DNA of 59,869 nucleotides. It comes from an uncultured Bacilli bacterium. GTDB lineage: Bacteria; Bacillota_I; Bacilli_A; RF39; UBA660. Below are positions 49,256 through 57,663 of the stretch, piece by piece (position 1 is the stretch's first letter; each line of letters begins with the position of its first letter). A program made the position numbers and the translations under genes. The notes beneath the pieces were generated by a model. The model searched no databases. It worked only from the letters and a program-made list of their open reading frames with translations, and was not told where the DNA came from. The stretch lies in NCBI GenBank assembly GCA_910589335.1, contig CAJUTW010000002.1, positions 1 to 59,869 of the forward strand. The letters run 5' to 3'.

Positions 49256-49567
49256 TCATTTTAAATATTTACTGAATTGTTTTATTTTGCTTTCTTTAAC
49301 TTCTTCATTAAAGAAACAATAATTTTTATTTTTAAAAATATATTCTATTAGAAGAATCATAATTTTATATATACGATTCTTCTTTGATAGATTAATAGGA
49401 ATAAGAAGAAATAAACAGATAGATAGGAAAACTAAAGCAACGATTTTTAAATTAGTAAAGGCAAACAATACTAAAAAAATCATAAGCATGGGAAGTCCTA
49501 AATATAAATCTGTCATTTCTATATATTTACCTAAAGTTTTTTTAATACTTTTAATTGTTATATACAA
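49256..49567 (-). CDS. Small two-TM T4SS protein (VirB3/TcpE-like)
   Basis: 103 aa with two adjacent hydrophobic helices, immediately upstream of the VirB4-like gene. Confidence 0.5.
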   Translation of the reverse strand: MYITIKSIKKTLGKYIEMTDLYLGLPMLMIFLVLFAFTNLKIVALVFLSICLFLLIPINLSKKNRIYKIMILLIEYIFKNKNYCFFNEEVKESKIKQFSKYLK

Positions 49568-49571
49568 ACTA

Positions 49572-50948
49572 TCACATCCTTGTTCTATATCTGTTACGAT
49601 ACATATTTCTTTGTGGCATTATAGATCTTACTGCTTCACCCATATTTTCACGACCATGACTTCGTAAATTTTTACCAATATGTGATGGAGTGGCATTTTT
49701 AACTTTACCACCAAATTTTTCAATGGTATTTCCTATACCACTACCCAGTTTACTAGCAATAGGGTTACTAGCAGAAGAACTTTTATCTTTAAAGTTACTT
49801 CCAAATTTAGAAATAGCATTACCAACTTTATTAACGACTTTATTACCACCAAGTTTTCCAACTGCAGATGCTCCAACACCTAAGCCAAAAGCACCAGCAC
49901 CAGATAAGGCATTTCCACCTATATGGGTAGCACTAGACATGGCATTTCCATAACTCATTAAACTCATAAGTTGTTCACGACCAGAATTAGCAGATACATT
50001 TGCACCTATAAATCTGTTGATTACTTGTGATCCAGTAAGTAGGAAAGTACCACAGCCAATAAACATTAATGATTTTAAAGCCATATCTTTAAAATTAGAA
50101 TTAGCAAAGAAAGTGGTACTATTTATAGACTGCATAACTATTACAGTAATACCTATTATCATCATTACCACTGCACCTTGTAAAATCAAAGATACTAATT
50201 GTTCTATGACTGCAGATCTTCTTTGTTTATTACCTATTGAAGTGGCAAAAACAATGGGGCTTATGATAAACAAAAACAAAAATTCTATTTGTCTACGAGC
50301 CACCATCATGCCACTAAAAAATAAAGCATATAAAAAAAAGCCACCTACAATAATAGCCATTAACCAATTAATAGAATATTTATAATCTTTTTCATCTGGA
50401 AGTATCCACTTTTTAGAAGTAACATATTTATCATTAAACATTCTCTTTTTAGTAAAATTATCATTTTTTAGATTATCAATTATATTTTCATTTTTAAATT
50501 CATCACTATTTTTATAGCCATCAGAATGGGTAATATACATACCAAGCATGGAATCAGAAATGGTTATACCATTATTAGTAAATACAGATGAAGTATAACC
50601 ACTAAGTTTCATGGAAAAGGAGTTGGCTTGTGAAAACAAGAAAACACTCATAAGCACAAGCACACTACATTTTACAATTTCCATAACAATTTGATTAGTA
50701 GATAAACCATCATCTGGCTCTAGTATTTTCATAACAAACTTCCATACTATAAATAAAGCAAGTAAGGTTATAGCAATAGCAATTATTCCAGAATGGAAAT
50801 TAGAAAATATGGAATTATTAGAAACACTATCAACTATATCATACAAATTAATTTCTCTAATTATATTGAATAAAGTATCAATTAAATTATATATAAAATC
50901 AATGACTGCCCAACCTAATCTTCTAAGTAAATCTAAGGCACTTAACAT
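49572..50948 (-). CDS. Polytopic T4SS channel protein (VirB6/TcpH-like)
   Basis: 458 aa with ~6 TM helices and a Gly/Ser/Asn-rich C-terminal tail. Confidence 0.6.
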   Translation of the reverse strand: MLSALDLLRRLGWAVIDFIYNLIDTLFNIIREINLYDIVDSVSNNSIFSNFHSGIIAIAITLLALFIVWKFVMKILEPDDGLSTNQIVMEIVKCSVLVLMSVFLFSQANSFSMKLSGYTSSVFTNNGITISDSMLGMYITHSDGYKNSDEFKNENIIDNLKNDNFTKKRMFNDKYVTSKKWILPDEKDYKYSINWLMAIIVGGFFLYALFFSGMMVARRQIEFLFLFIISPIVFATSIGNKQRRSAVIEQLVSLILQGAVVMMIIGITVIVMQSINSTTFFANSNFKDMALKSLMFIGCGTFLLTGSQVINRFIGANVSANSGREQLMSLMSYGNAMSSATHIGGNALSGAGAFGLGVGASAVGKLGGNKVVNKVGNAISKFGSNFKDKSSSASNPIASKLGSGIGNTIEKFGGKVKNATPSHIGKNLRSHGRENMGEAVRSIMPQRNMYRNRYRTRM

Positions 50949-51292
50949 ATATCAAAGTCCTTATCTTTTTCTTTTGAAAAATAGGAAATAGAATTATCTA
51001 TTAAATCACTAATACTATTATAATTTAATAAAGATACAGTATGTTCACCAGTAAGTAAATATAAATCATCTGACTTATGATTATCTAAATAATCTTCACC
51101 AAAAATTTCAGTTGCTAAAGCAATACTAGGAATGGGTATAGTATTTCTAAAATCTTTATCACCGATATTATCTGCATAAGCATATATAGTATCAAGCATT
51201 TCATGATAATAATTATATATATTATCTTGATTCTCTTGTTTACTACTATATTTTTCTCTTATGCTATTCAAATCACATTTTAATTCTAACAT
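50942..51292 (-). CDS. Hypothetical ICE protein
   Basis: ~116 aa. Start set to ATG 51292, 5 nt after GGTGA; the ORF-track GTG at 51301 abuts the upstream stop. Confidence 0.55.
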   Translation of the reverse strand: MLELKCDLNSIREKYSSKQENQDNIYNYYHEMLDTIYAYADNIGDKDFRNTIPIPSIALATEIFGEDYLDNHKSDDLYLLTGEHTVSLLNYNSISDLIDNSISYFSKEKDKDFDIC

Positions 51293-51301
51293 AATTATCA
51301 C

Positions 51302-51613
51302 CTAAAATAAACTGATAATTAAATTTACTAAAGAAATTGCTAATATAATACCAACGATACCAAACATAGTTTGTATAATTCTTTGTTTTACTTGTTGTTT
51401 TTTATCTACATCTGCTACTGCATACATAACAAAACCTATAACTAGGGAAACACCTGCAAGTGCTATACCAACTCGTAAGCACCAGTCAGTAACAGTTTTG
51501 ATGGCTTTTAATATTGAATCAATATTATAATTACCACCATCTAATTTTGTAATTGCTAATAAATTCATAGAGTTCCCTAACTTAGAAAGGGAATTACCTA
51601 CGAATTTAAGCAA
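51302..51613 (-). CDS. VirB2/TrbC-like small membrane (pilin-like) protein
   Basis: 103 aa with a leader and two TM helices (VGIALAGVSLVIGFVMYAV, MFGIVGIILAISLVNLIISLF). TTG start lies 8 nt after AAGGAG. Confidence 0.5.
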   Translation of the reverse strand: MLKFVGNSLSKLGNSMNLLAITKLDGGNYNIDSILKAIKTVTDWCLRVGIALAGVSLVIGFVMYAVADVDKKQQVKQRIIQTMFGIVGIILAISLVNLIISLF

Positions 51614-51673
51614 TAAACATTCTCCTTAAATAAATAATAGTTTTCAATATATCAATCCTCCTTTTAAAATATG

Positions 51674-51752
51674 AAAAAGCAAAGAGTTGTGATATAATGA
51701 CAACAGAGTTATTTAGTCGTGGGGATTATTTAACTCTTTTTTCTTTGCTTTT
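51674..51752 (-). terminator. Long imperfect hairpin after ssb (terminator candidate)
   Basis: Minus strand: AAAAGCAAAG..GAGTT pairs with AACTCTTTGCTTTT around an inner AGAGTTA/TAACTCT stem, followed by Ts. Confidence 0.4.
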
Positions 51753-51763
51753 AATTTCATAAA

Positions 51764-52114
51764 CTATATATCCACTTGATCTGATTTTTCTTTTTCTTTT
51801 GAACTTGATAAGAATGTTACCTTTTCAGCAACTAATTCCATTTCAGAATGCTTACCATTTTCAGTTTCGATTTCTCTTGTTTGAACACGACCTTTAATAC
51901 CTACCAAATCACCTTTTTGGCAATAGTTGGCAGTATTTTCAGCAATATTTTTCCATAAAGAACATTTAATAAAATCTGTTTCATAAACACCATCAGCATT
52001 TTTATAACTTCTAGGAACAGCCAAAGTAATATTAGATACTTTTGTTCCATTTTCTAGTTCTTTAAGTTCTGGATCTTTTGTTAATCTTCCTACTATAATC
52101 ATTTGATTCATCAT
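51764..52114 (-). CDS. ssb: Single-stranded DNA-binding protein
   Basis: MIIVGRLTKDPELKELENGTKVSNITLAV...DFIKCSLWKNIAEN..GDLVGIKGRVQTRE is a canonical OB-fold SSB. It lacks the usual acidic DDDLPF-type C-terminus. GGAGG-7 nt-ATG. Confidence 0.85.
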   Translation of the reverse strand: MMNQMIIVGRLTKDPELKELENGTKVSNITLAVPRSYKNADGVYETDFIKCSLWKNIAENTANYCQKGDLVGIKGRVQTREIETENGKHSEMELVAEKVTFLSSSKEKEKSDQVDI

Positions 52115-52126
52115 TTAATCACCTCC

Positions 52127-52903
52127 TTACATAGACAAGCCATTATAACTTTTATCTTTCATTTTATTTATTTTTTCAATAGATATTTTTCCAAAATAAT
52201 TAGTATATTTGTCTATTTGTTTTTTTGTTAAAGAACGATCTTCACCAAGTTCAGCATCATCACCAACAATAAAAAAATTCCCAGAAATAACACTATGTCC
52301 TATATCCCTATTGATAGGCAAATTTAACTTATTGCTATTTTCATTATAGACAATGGCAACATCATTACAATTTTCTAAATATGTATATTGAATATCACCA
52401 CCAACAAGTTTTTCCTTTTCTTCTAGGGTATTTCTAATAGTTTTTTTAACTGGTAATTTATTGGGCTTAACTAAAAGAATATCCAAATTTCTTTGCAAGT
52501 TTTCATCACTTCCTTTTGAAAATAAATTTTCTAACATTTCAAAACTTTTATCAAAAATAAATCTATCATTAGTTAAATCAAAAACATTAAGATTTTTCTT
52601 ATAACACAGATGCTTTAAATTTAACAACTCGAAAGTATCTCTGGTAAGTCTTGAAACACTTGAAGCCAAGATATTATTGTTTTTATTCTCATTAATTAAT
52701 TTTTTTAGATTAATTTTATTATCAAGTCTATTGCTACCACCAATATCCATATAGACTTTGGAAATTGGAAGATTTTTATTTTTACAAATTCCATTTACTA
52801 TACTTAATTGTTGGGTTGCAAGTTCTTTATCTTTCCCATAAATATAAATTATAGACTGACCATCAAGTAAATCAGTATAATTAGAAAATCTTAAATCTGG
52901 CAT
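52127..52903 (-). CDS. Resolvase-like (catalytic Ser absent) / DUF3846-like fusion protein
   Basis: IIYIYGKDKELATQQ..VYMDIGGSN..SSVSRLTRD mimics a serine-recombinase N-domain, but Gly/Lys/Asp stand where Arg-x-Ser should be. The C-terminal half (LVGGDIQYTYLE..NLPINR..ISGNFFIVG) resembles DUF3846. The start is uncertain: ATG 52903 or GTG 52975. Confidence 0.5.
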   Translation of the reverse strand: MPDLRFSNYTDLLDGQSIIYIYGKDKELATQQLSIVNGICKNKNLPISKVYMDIGGSNRLDNKINLKKLINENKNNNILASSVSRLTRDTFELLNLKHLCYKKNLNVFDLTNDRFIFDKSFEMLENLFSKGSDENLQRNLDILLVKPNKLPVKKTIRNTLEEKEKLVGGDIQYTYLENCNDVAIVYNENSNKLNLPINRDIGHSVISGNFFIVGDDAELGEDRSLTKKQIDKYTNYFGKISIEKINKMKDKSYNGLSM

Positions 52904-52907
52904 TAGT

Positions 52908-53351
52908 TTATTGGTAGGCACTAAGCAGATCTGCCATTTCTTTTTGTTCTTCTTCTGATAGTGGCTCTGATTCACACCTTACACCATGCCAAATCATAAC
53001 ACCATCAGTATCATAATCTATCATGGGTATATCATTATTTTCTAATTTATAGTTTTTATCTAATAATTTAATTTCTTTAGGAAATATGTAATAAATATTT
53101 TGATTATCTTTTAAATAAGAATTTAAGTAACCATCAATATAAATATTATTTGATACTTTTATCATATCTTGATATTTATTTAATAATTCTTTATTTAATT
53201 TAACTTTATAAAAACTAGAAGAATAAGAATTGTTATCTAATTTATCATTTTGTACTATATCAAAAAACATAAATTTTTTACCCTTTATGTCTTGTCTTTT
53301 ATACGATAAACTAGTTATCTTACCAATTAGTTCGATTTTATTTTTGTTAAT
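52908..53351 (-). CDS. Divergent OB-fold (SSB-like) protein
   Basis: With ATT 53351 as the start, the N-terminus reads INKNKIELIGKITSLSYKRQDIKGKKFMFFDIV.., an SSB-like beta1-beta3 pattern. GGAGG (53363-53359) lies 7 nt upstream. No canonical start occurs back to the TAA at 53381. Confidence 0.5.
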   Translation of the reverse strand: MNKNKIELIGKITSLSYKRQDIKGKKFMFFDIVQNDKLDNNSYSSSFYKVKLNKELLNKYQDMIKVSNNIYIDGYLNSYLKDNQNIYYIFPKEIKLLDKNYKLENNDIPMIDYDTDGVMIWHGVRCESEPLSEEEQKEMADLLSAYQ

Positions 53352-53372
53352 TTTAACACCTCCTAGTTTAGT

Positions 53373-53397
53373 AACTAGTTATATATTTAAACTAGTT
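53373..53397. promoter_or_regulatory. Paired AACTAGTT palindromes (operator candidate)
   Basis: AACTAGTT occurs at 53373-53380 and 53390-53397, spaced 17 bp centre to centre, upstream of the OB-fold gene. A third copy is at 53309-53316. Confidence 0.4.
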
Positions 53398-53495
53398 AAA
53401 ATTTATTATATTTTTTCTTTATATTTTATTTATTATATTTAATAGTAATAAGCATCCATAGGTAATAGTCATTAAAGACTATATAAGTAGAAAAT

Positions 53496-53753
53496 TTAAA
53501 CTAAATATATTCTTCTATTATGTTCTTCTGTATAGGAAATCTTAATTAAATTTTCATCCTTTAATTCTTTAATAAGTCTAGTAACAGTTCTAGGAGTTAA
53601 ACCTAAATTGTTAGCAAGAAACTTATTAGATGCATAACAATAGCCATTTTGATGACAGAGTAAAAGAATATCCCCATACAAGAGTTTAGCATTACTACAA
53701 ATATACTTATTATTTTTTACTAAATTAGGTATTTTACAATATTCGTTATTCAA
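53496..53753 (-). CDS. Small HTH-domain protein (mobile-element regulator/Rep-N-like)
   Basis: 85 aa. AKLLYGDILLLCHQNGYCYASNKFLANNLGLTPRTVTRLIKELKDENLI. Confidence 0.55.
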   Translation of the reverse strand: MNNEYCKIPNLVKNNKYICSNAKLLYGDILLLCHQNGYCYASNKFLANNLGLTPRTVTRLIKELKDENLIKISYTEEHNRRIYLV

Positions 53754-54406
53754 GAGTATTGCTCCTTATTTGTTAAATAACCAACATATACAACTTGAGT
53801 ATCTTTGGTATTTTTCTTACAAGTGATTAAAGTTAAAGCAGTTTTTTTAGGATCTCTAAAAATTTCTACCTTACCATCTTTTGGGGTATCATAAATATTA
53901 TCTAAAGTATATTCATACTTATAACCTTGATAATAAATATACACCATATCATTAATATTTAATTTATGTAAATTTTTAAAGAACGATATATAACTTGCCC
54001 CATTATGACTTGCAAGTATCAAGTTACCATTTATAACATCTGGCATAGTGGAATGCTCTATAATCTGAATATTATAATTAACATTATTATAACGACTATC
54101 TGGACTTACTAAACCTCGTTTTAAAGAGATAGATGGTATTTCCAAAACACCTATATAATTGTAATCAACCTTGTTAGAAGTGGTAGTTTTTTTAGGACTA
54201 TTTTCTTCTGTATTTTCTACATTATTATCAACTATTTTTTCCTTAAAAAAAGTTTCAATTTTTGCATTGTCTTTATCTTCTAATAATTTAGTGTTAGCAT
54301 GATGATAAATAAACATAAAAAGACCACACATAAATAAAAATAGTCCTATATATTTTAAAATGGCAAACTTTTTATTTTCTTTTCTTTTTAAGTAAGCCAT
54401 AACCAA
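53750..54406 (-). CDS. Sortase (ICE copy)
   Basis: TM anchor, LILASHNG (His) and TLITCKKN (Cys). Paralogue of 12594-13244. Its 5' end overlaps the adhesin 3' end. Confidence 0.8.
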   Translation of the reverse strand: MVMAYLKRKENKKFAILKYIGLFLFMCGLFMFIYHHANTKLLEDKDNAKIETFFKEKIVDNNVENTEENSPKKTTTSNKVDYNYIGVLEIPSISLKRGLVSPDSRYNNVNYNIQIIEHSTMPDVINGNLILASHNGASYISFFKNLHKLNINDMVYIYYQGYKYEYTLDNIYDTPKDGKVEIFRDPKKTALTLITCKKNTKDTQVVYVGYLTNKEQYS

Positions 54407-56891
54407 TTAACCCTACACCAGACACTATTAAAACTAAACTACCAATAACTTCATAATTAACATTACTTAAACCAGTATTAGGAACTTCAACTATTTTTTC
54501 ATTTGTCATATCTGCTTTAATAATCTCACCATTTTTAGTAATTTCAAATTCCATTGGCTCAGTATTTAAAATGTAATTTTCTGGTGCTTCACTTTCATAT
54601 AATACGAATTTTGAAACGAACAAATCTGTAATCGTAATTTTTCCAAATTCATTGGTATAACCCTCAAAGATTTTCTTTTGTTCTTCACCATCATTATTTG
54701 TAAAAATAGTAATCTTCGTATTAGGTAGTGGCTCACCAGTTACTAAGTCAGTTTTGGTAAATTCTAAAGTTGATTTAGCAAGATAATTTTTATATGTAAA
54801 ACTTAAATCAATGATAGGTGTATATTGATCTTTATATTTTAACTCAAATTCATGCTTAGAAGTATCTAGTATATGAGAGTCAACTGTTGACTTTTCTAAG
54901 AAAAAATATTTTCCCAAAAATAAATCAGATACCTTAAAAAAACCATCCTTAGTTTCATAAGTACCAACTAAAGAACCTTTTTTATAAACTAAAGTTCCAT
55001 CACCAGAAATTATATCTTCATTGGCATATAGTTCATAGACAACACCATCAAGTTTTATTTCTTCATAATGATATGAATCGTTTTCAATAACAAGTTCTTC
55101 ACCAACTTTATTAATGGTAACTTCACCCTTAACTTGAGTATTGGCAAATCTAACTTCTAAAAGAGTTCCATATTGTTCATCTTCTATAAAGTTACTATTT
55201 TCTCCTATTTCAAAAATCAAAGGCTCATTATTCCATAGATAACCATCTATTGTTTGATTTTCTACTTCTTCTAATTGGTAACGACCACTAGATAAAGCAT
55301 ATGGAGTAATAATTACACCATTTTTATCCATTTCAAAAACATCTATTGTTTGAGCAGTTGGATATGTAATAGTTTGTTTTACATATTCATTAGTATCCAA
55401 ATTCTTAATTTTAAATTTTAATCCCTCACGAATAATTACTTTTTGTGAATCTTTATCAATTTTTAAAACTTTTAATTTTGCAGTTATAGGTGCATTTGAT
55501 AATAATTGATAATATGGACTTTCTGTATTTTCATCTATTGTTATTTCAAAATCATCTACCTTTTCATGATTTAAACTTGTATTTTTTTGATGAACTCTCC
55601 ATTTTCCATATGGAAGTGTAACTTTTAATTTTCCTTTTTCATTTGTTTTTCCAGTTGTATAAAGTTCTCCACTTGAAATTAAATAAAATTCAAATTCAAT
55701 ATTTGGCTCTCCTGTTAAAATACCAGTTTGACTATTTGCAAAAACTTTATATAATTCAACATCTACTTCAATAACATCTTCAAAAACTTTCAATGTTGGA
55801 TATAGATTATCTTTTGTAAGTTCAAACCAGTGCATAGAATCATCAATTTTATATCCTTTTCCACTAATTTCTTCTCTTAAATAAAAACGACCTAAACTTG
55901 GTAAGTAGTCGCTTGTACCTTTGTTATCATTTCCTATTGTTACTTGACCAACTCTAACATCTTGTTCATTATATACTCCATAAACTGCACCTATCAATTT
56001 TGCATCACCTAAAGGTTTATAACTTAAAGTTTTGCTATCTAACTTTTCTGCAGTAATTTTACCACCTAAAATATTAATATTAATTTTTGTATCTATTGGA
56101 TCATAACTACCTACTTGAACAACATTTTGAGTGTTTGGTTTTACATATACGATTGTAGGATGAGAATACTTAACATCCCTTTTAGTTAAGGAAATTTCAG
56201 TATTTCCAACTGCATTAGCAGTTAAATATAAATCATTTCCATTTTTGCTTGATGAAATGAAAGAATTTGATGTTACCTCATATTTTGACAATACACTACT
56301 TTTATCTGTCAATTTTAAGGTTTGCCCAATAATTGTTTCAAAGTTAGTAGTTCCAAAATCTGGTGTAGCATAATGTTTACTTAATAATGCCTCCATTTCT
56401 GCCATTTCACTTGTATACTTAGTAATTCTATTTCCATTTAAGGAATCAGTAAAGTAAATATCGTATCCACTAGGAACAGTTTGCCAAATCATAAATTGAG
56501 TTACTGAATACCATTTTAGGTCAGTATGATTTACTTCAGAATCACTATATCCATAACCATAATATGCTAATAGTTGTATTCTTCTCCATTGTGATTGTGT
56601 TATATTTGCTACATATGCTTGGTCATAATCTTGACCATTATAAATCTGATTATTATCAAGTGGAGTACCTGGTTCAATGCAATATACAAATTGATTATCA
56701 CTTTTCCTTACAATCATCGTTAATTGTTGATATTTAGTATTTCCATCTTTTGTTTTATTTACCCATGTTCCTGGAATCCACATATATTTATCATTAAATG
56801 TTTCTTGATAGGTCTGTGCTTCTACATTGATACTTGGACATAGCATTAATAGTCCAAATATGGCTAGCAAAAATTTTAATTTTTTCTTCAT
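54372..56891 (-). CDS. ICE-encoded thioester-domain surface adhesin with multiple SpaA/Cna-B-type domains
   Basis: Signal peptide, YCIEPG (Cys) and VTQFMIWQ (TQxxIW), several GKY/GRY..E..AP/G.GY domains, and a C-terminal VPNTG + TM + KKKRK sorting signal. Confidence 0.8.
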   Translation of the reverse strand: MKKKLKFLLAIFGLLMLCPSINVEAQTYQETFNDKYMWIPGTWVNKTKDGNTKYQQLTMIVRKSDNQFVYCIEPGTPLDNNQIYNGQDYDQAYVANITQSQWRRIQLLAYYGYGYSDSEVNHTDLKWYSVTQFMIWQTVPSGYDIYFTDSLNGNRITKYTSEMAEMEALLSKHYATPDFGTTNFETIIGQTLKLTDKSSVLSKYEVTSNSFISSSKNGNDLYLTANAVGNTEISLTKRDVKYSHPTIVYVKPNTQNVVQVGSYDPIDTKININILGGKITAEKLDSKTLSYKPLGDAKLIGAVYGVYNEQDVRVGQVTIGNDNKGTSDYLPSLGRFYLREEISGKGYKIDDSMHWFELTKDNLYPTLKVFEDVIEVDVELYKVFANSQTGILTGEPNIEFEFYLISSGELYTTGKTNEKGKLKVTLPYGKWRVHQKNTSLNHEKVDDFEITIDENTESPYYQLLSNAPITAKLKVLKIDKDSQKVIIREGLKFKIKNLDTNEYVKQTITYPTAQTIDVFEMDKNGVIITPYALSSGRYQLEEVENQTIDGYLWNNEPLIFEIGENSNFIEDEQYGTLLEVRFANTQVKGEVTINKVGEELVIENDSYHYEEIKLDGVVYELYANEDIISGDGTLVYKKGSLVGTYETKDGFFKVSDLFLGKYFFLEKSTVDSHILDTSKHEFELKYKDQYTPIIDLSFTYKNYLAKSTLEFTKTDLVTGEPLPNTKITIFTNNDGEEQKKIFEGYTNEFGKITITDLFVSKFVLYESEAPENYILNTEPMEFEITKNGEIIKADMTNEKIVEVPNTGLSNVNYEVIGSLVLIVSGVGLIGYGLLKKKRK

Positions 56892-56918
56892 ATATCTTTT
56901 CCTCCTTTACTTTATTAC

Positions 56919-56944
56919 AAAAAAAAATTACCATTTAAGGTAAT
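56919..56944 (-). terminator. Rho-independent terminator upstream of the adhesin gene
   Basis: Minus strand: ATTACC-ttaaat-GGTAAT followed by T9. The stop codon of the 56935-57549 gene lies in the loop. Confidence 0.6.
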
Positions 56945-57549
56945 TGTATTGTATGAAAATCATACTCTGTACCAGTATTTCTTTCATATATTGTAAGCAT
57001 ATAATAGGTTGTTCCACAATCATCTTGGTAATTATCACAAAAATATCCATATCCCACTTCTTTATATTTATCTCCCATTTGAGTACATGATTCGAAAGAT
57101 GAAAAGTCTGCTCTTACAAAGTTCATATCAAACTTTTTAGGAGTACAACTAGGTACTACTGGTTGTGGGCTTTCTTGTTTTGGAGATTCTTGTATCAGAT
57201 TTTCATTTTTTTGGATATTTTCATTTTGATTATTTGATTTTATATTACTTGTTGTAGTAGAAGATGAAGTAGTAGATTTTTTAGGAACATCACTTTCTAC
57301 CTTATTATCTGCTTTATTTTCTTGTTCTGTTACTTTTTCTTCCTTAGATTTTTCAATTTCGTTTTGATTAGATTTATCAGTTATAATATCACTTTTTTCT
57401 TCATTATCATTTTTCTTGCTAGATTTTTCTTCAATATTTGAAAGACTATCTTGTTTTATATCTTCCTTATGAAAACATTTTATTCCAATTACTGATAACA
57501 AGGAAAAAGCAAAGATACTAACTAATATAATTACAACTTTTTTTCTCAT
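56935..57549 (-). CDS. Secreted or membrane-anchored protein with a low-complexity linker and a Cys-containing C-terminal domain
   Basis: 204 aa with an N-terminal anchor, a K/E/S/N-rich linker and then CTPKK..C..C..C. Confidence 0.6.
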   Translation of the reverse strand: MRKKVVIILVSIFAFSLLSVIGIKCFHKEDIKQDSLSNIEEKSSKKNDNEEKSDIITDKSNQNEIEKSKEEKVTEQENKADNKVESDVPKKSTTSSSTTTSNIKSNNQNENIQKNENLIQESPKQESPQPVVPSCTPKKFDMNFVRADFSSFESCTQMGDKYKEVGYGYFCDNYQDDCGTTYYMLTIYERNTGTEYDFHTIQLP

Positions 57550-57663
57550 AGTTCATCACCTTACTTAAATGCTACCTCCTTTAGTAAAGTTTGTCAAATC
57601 ATCAGAACTTTTTATTTACAATCATAAGCACCACCTCCTTTAATGGCATAAAAAAAGATGAAA

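Noticed and set aside
49256-49259. Genetic code 4 (TGA = Trp), given the very low GC content and Mollicutes-like flavour.
   Set aside because: All long genes are complete under code 11, and TGA serves as a genuine stop. One example is the ATGA overlap at 49256-49259. Reading through it would not extend any recognisable protein.
52904-52975. GTG 52975 as the start of the resolvase-like gene, as in the ORF track.
   Set aside because: It would overlap the upstream OB-fold gene by 68 nt, and the AAGG sequence abuts the GTG with no spacer. ATG 52903, 4 nt after the upstream stop, is preferred, though neither start is well supported.
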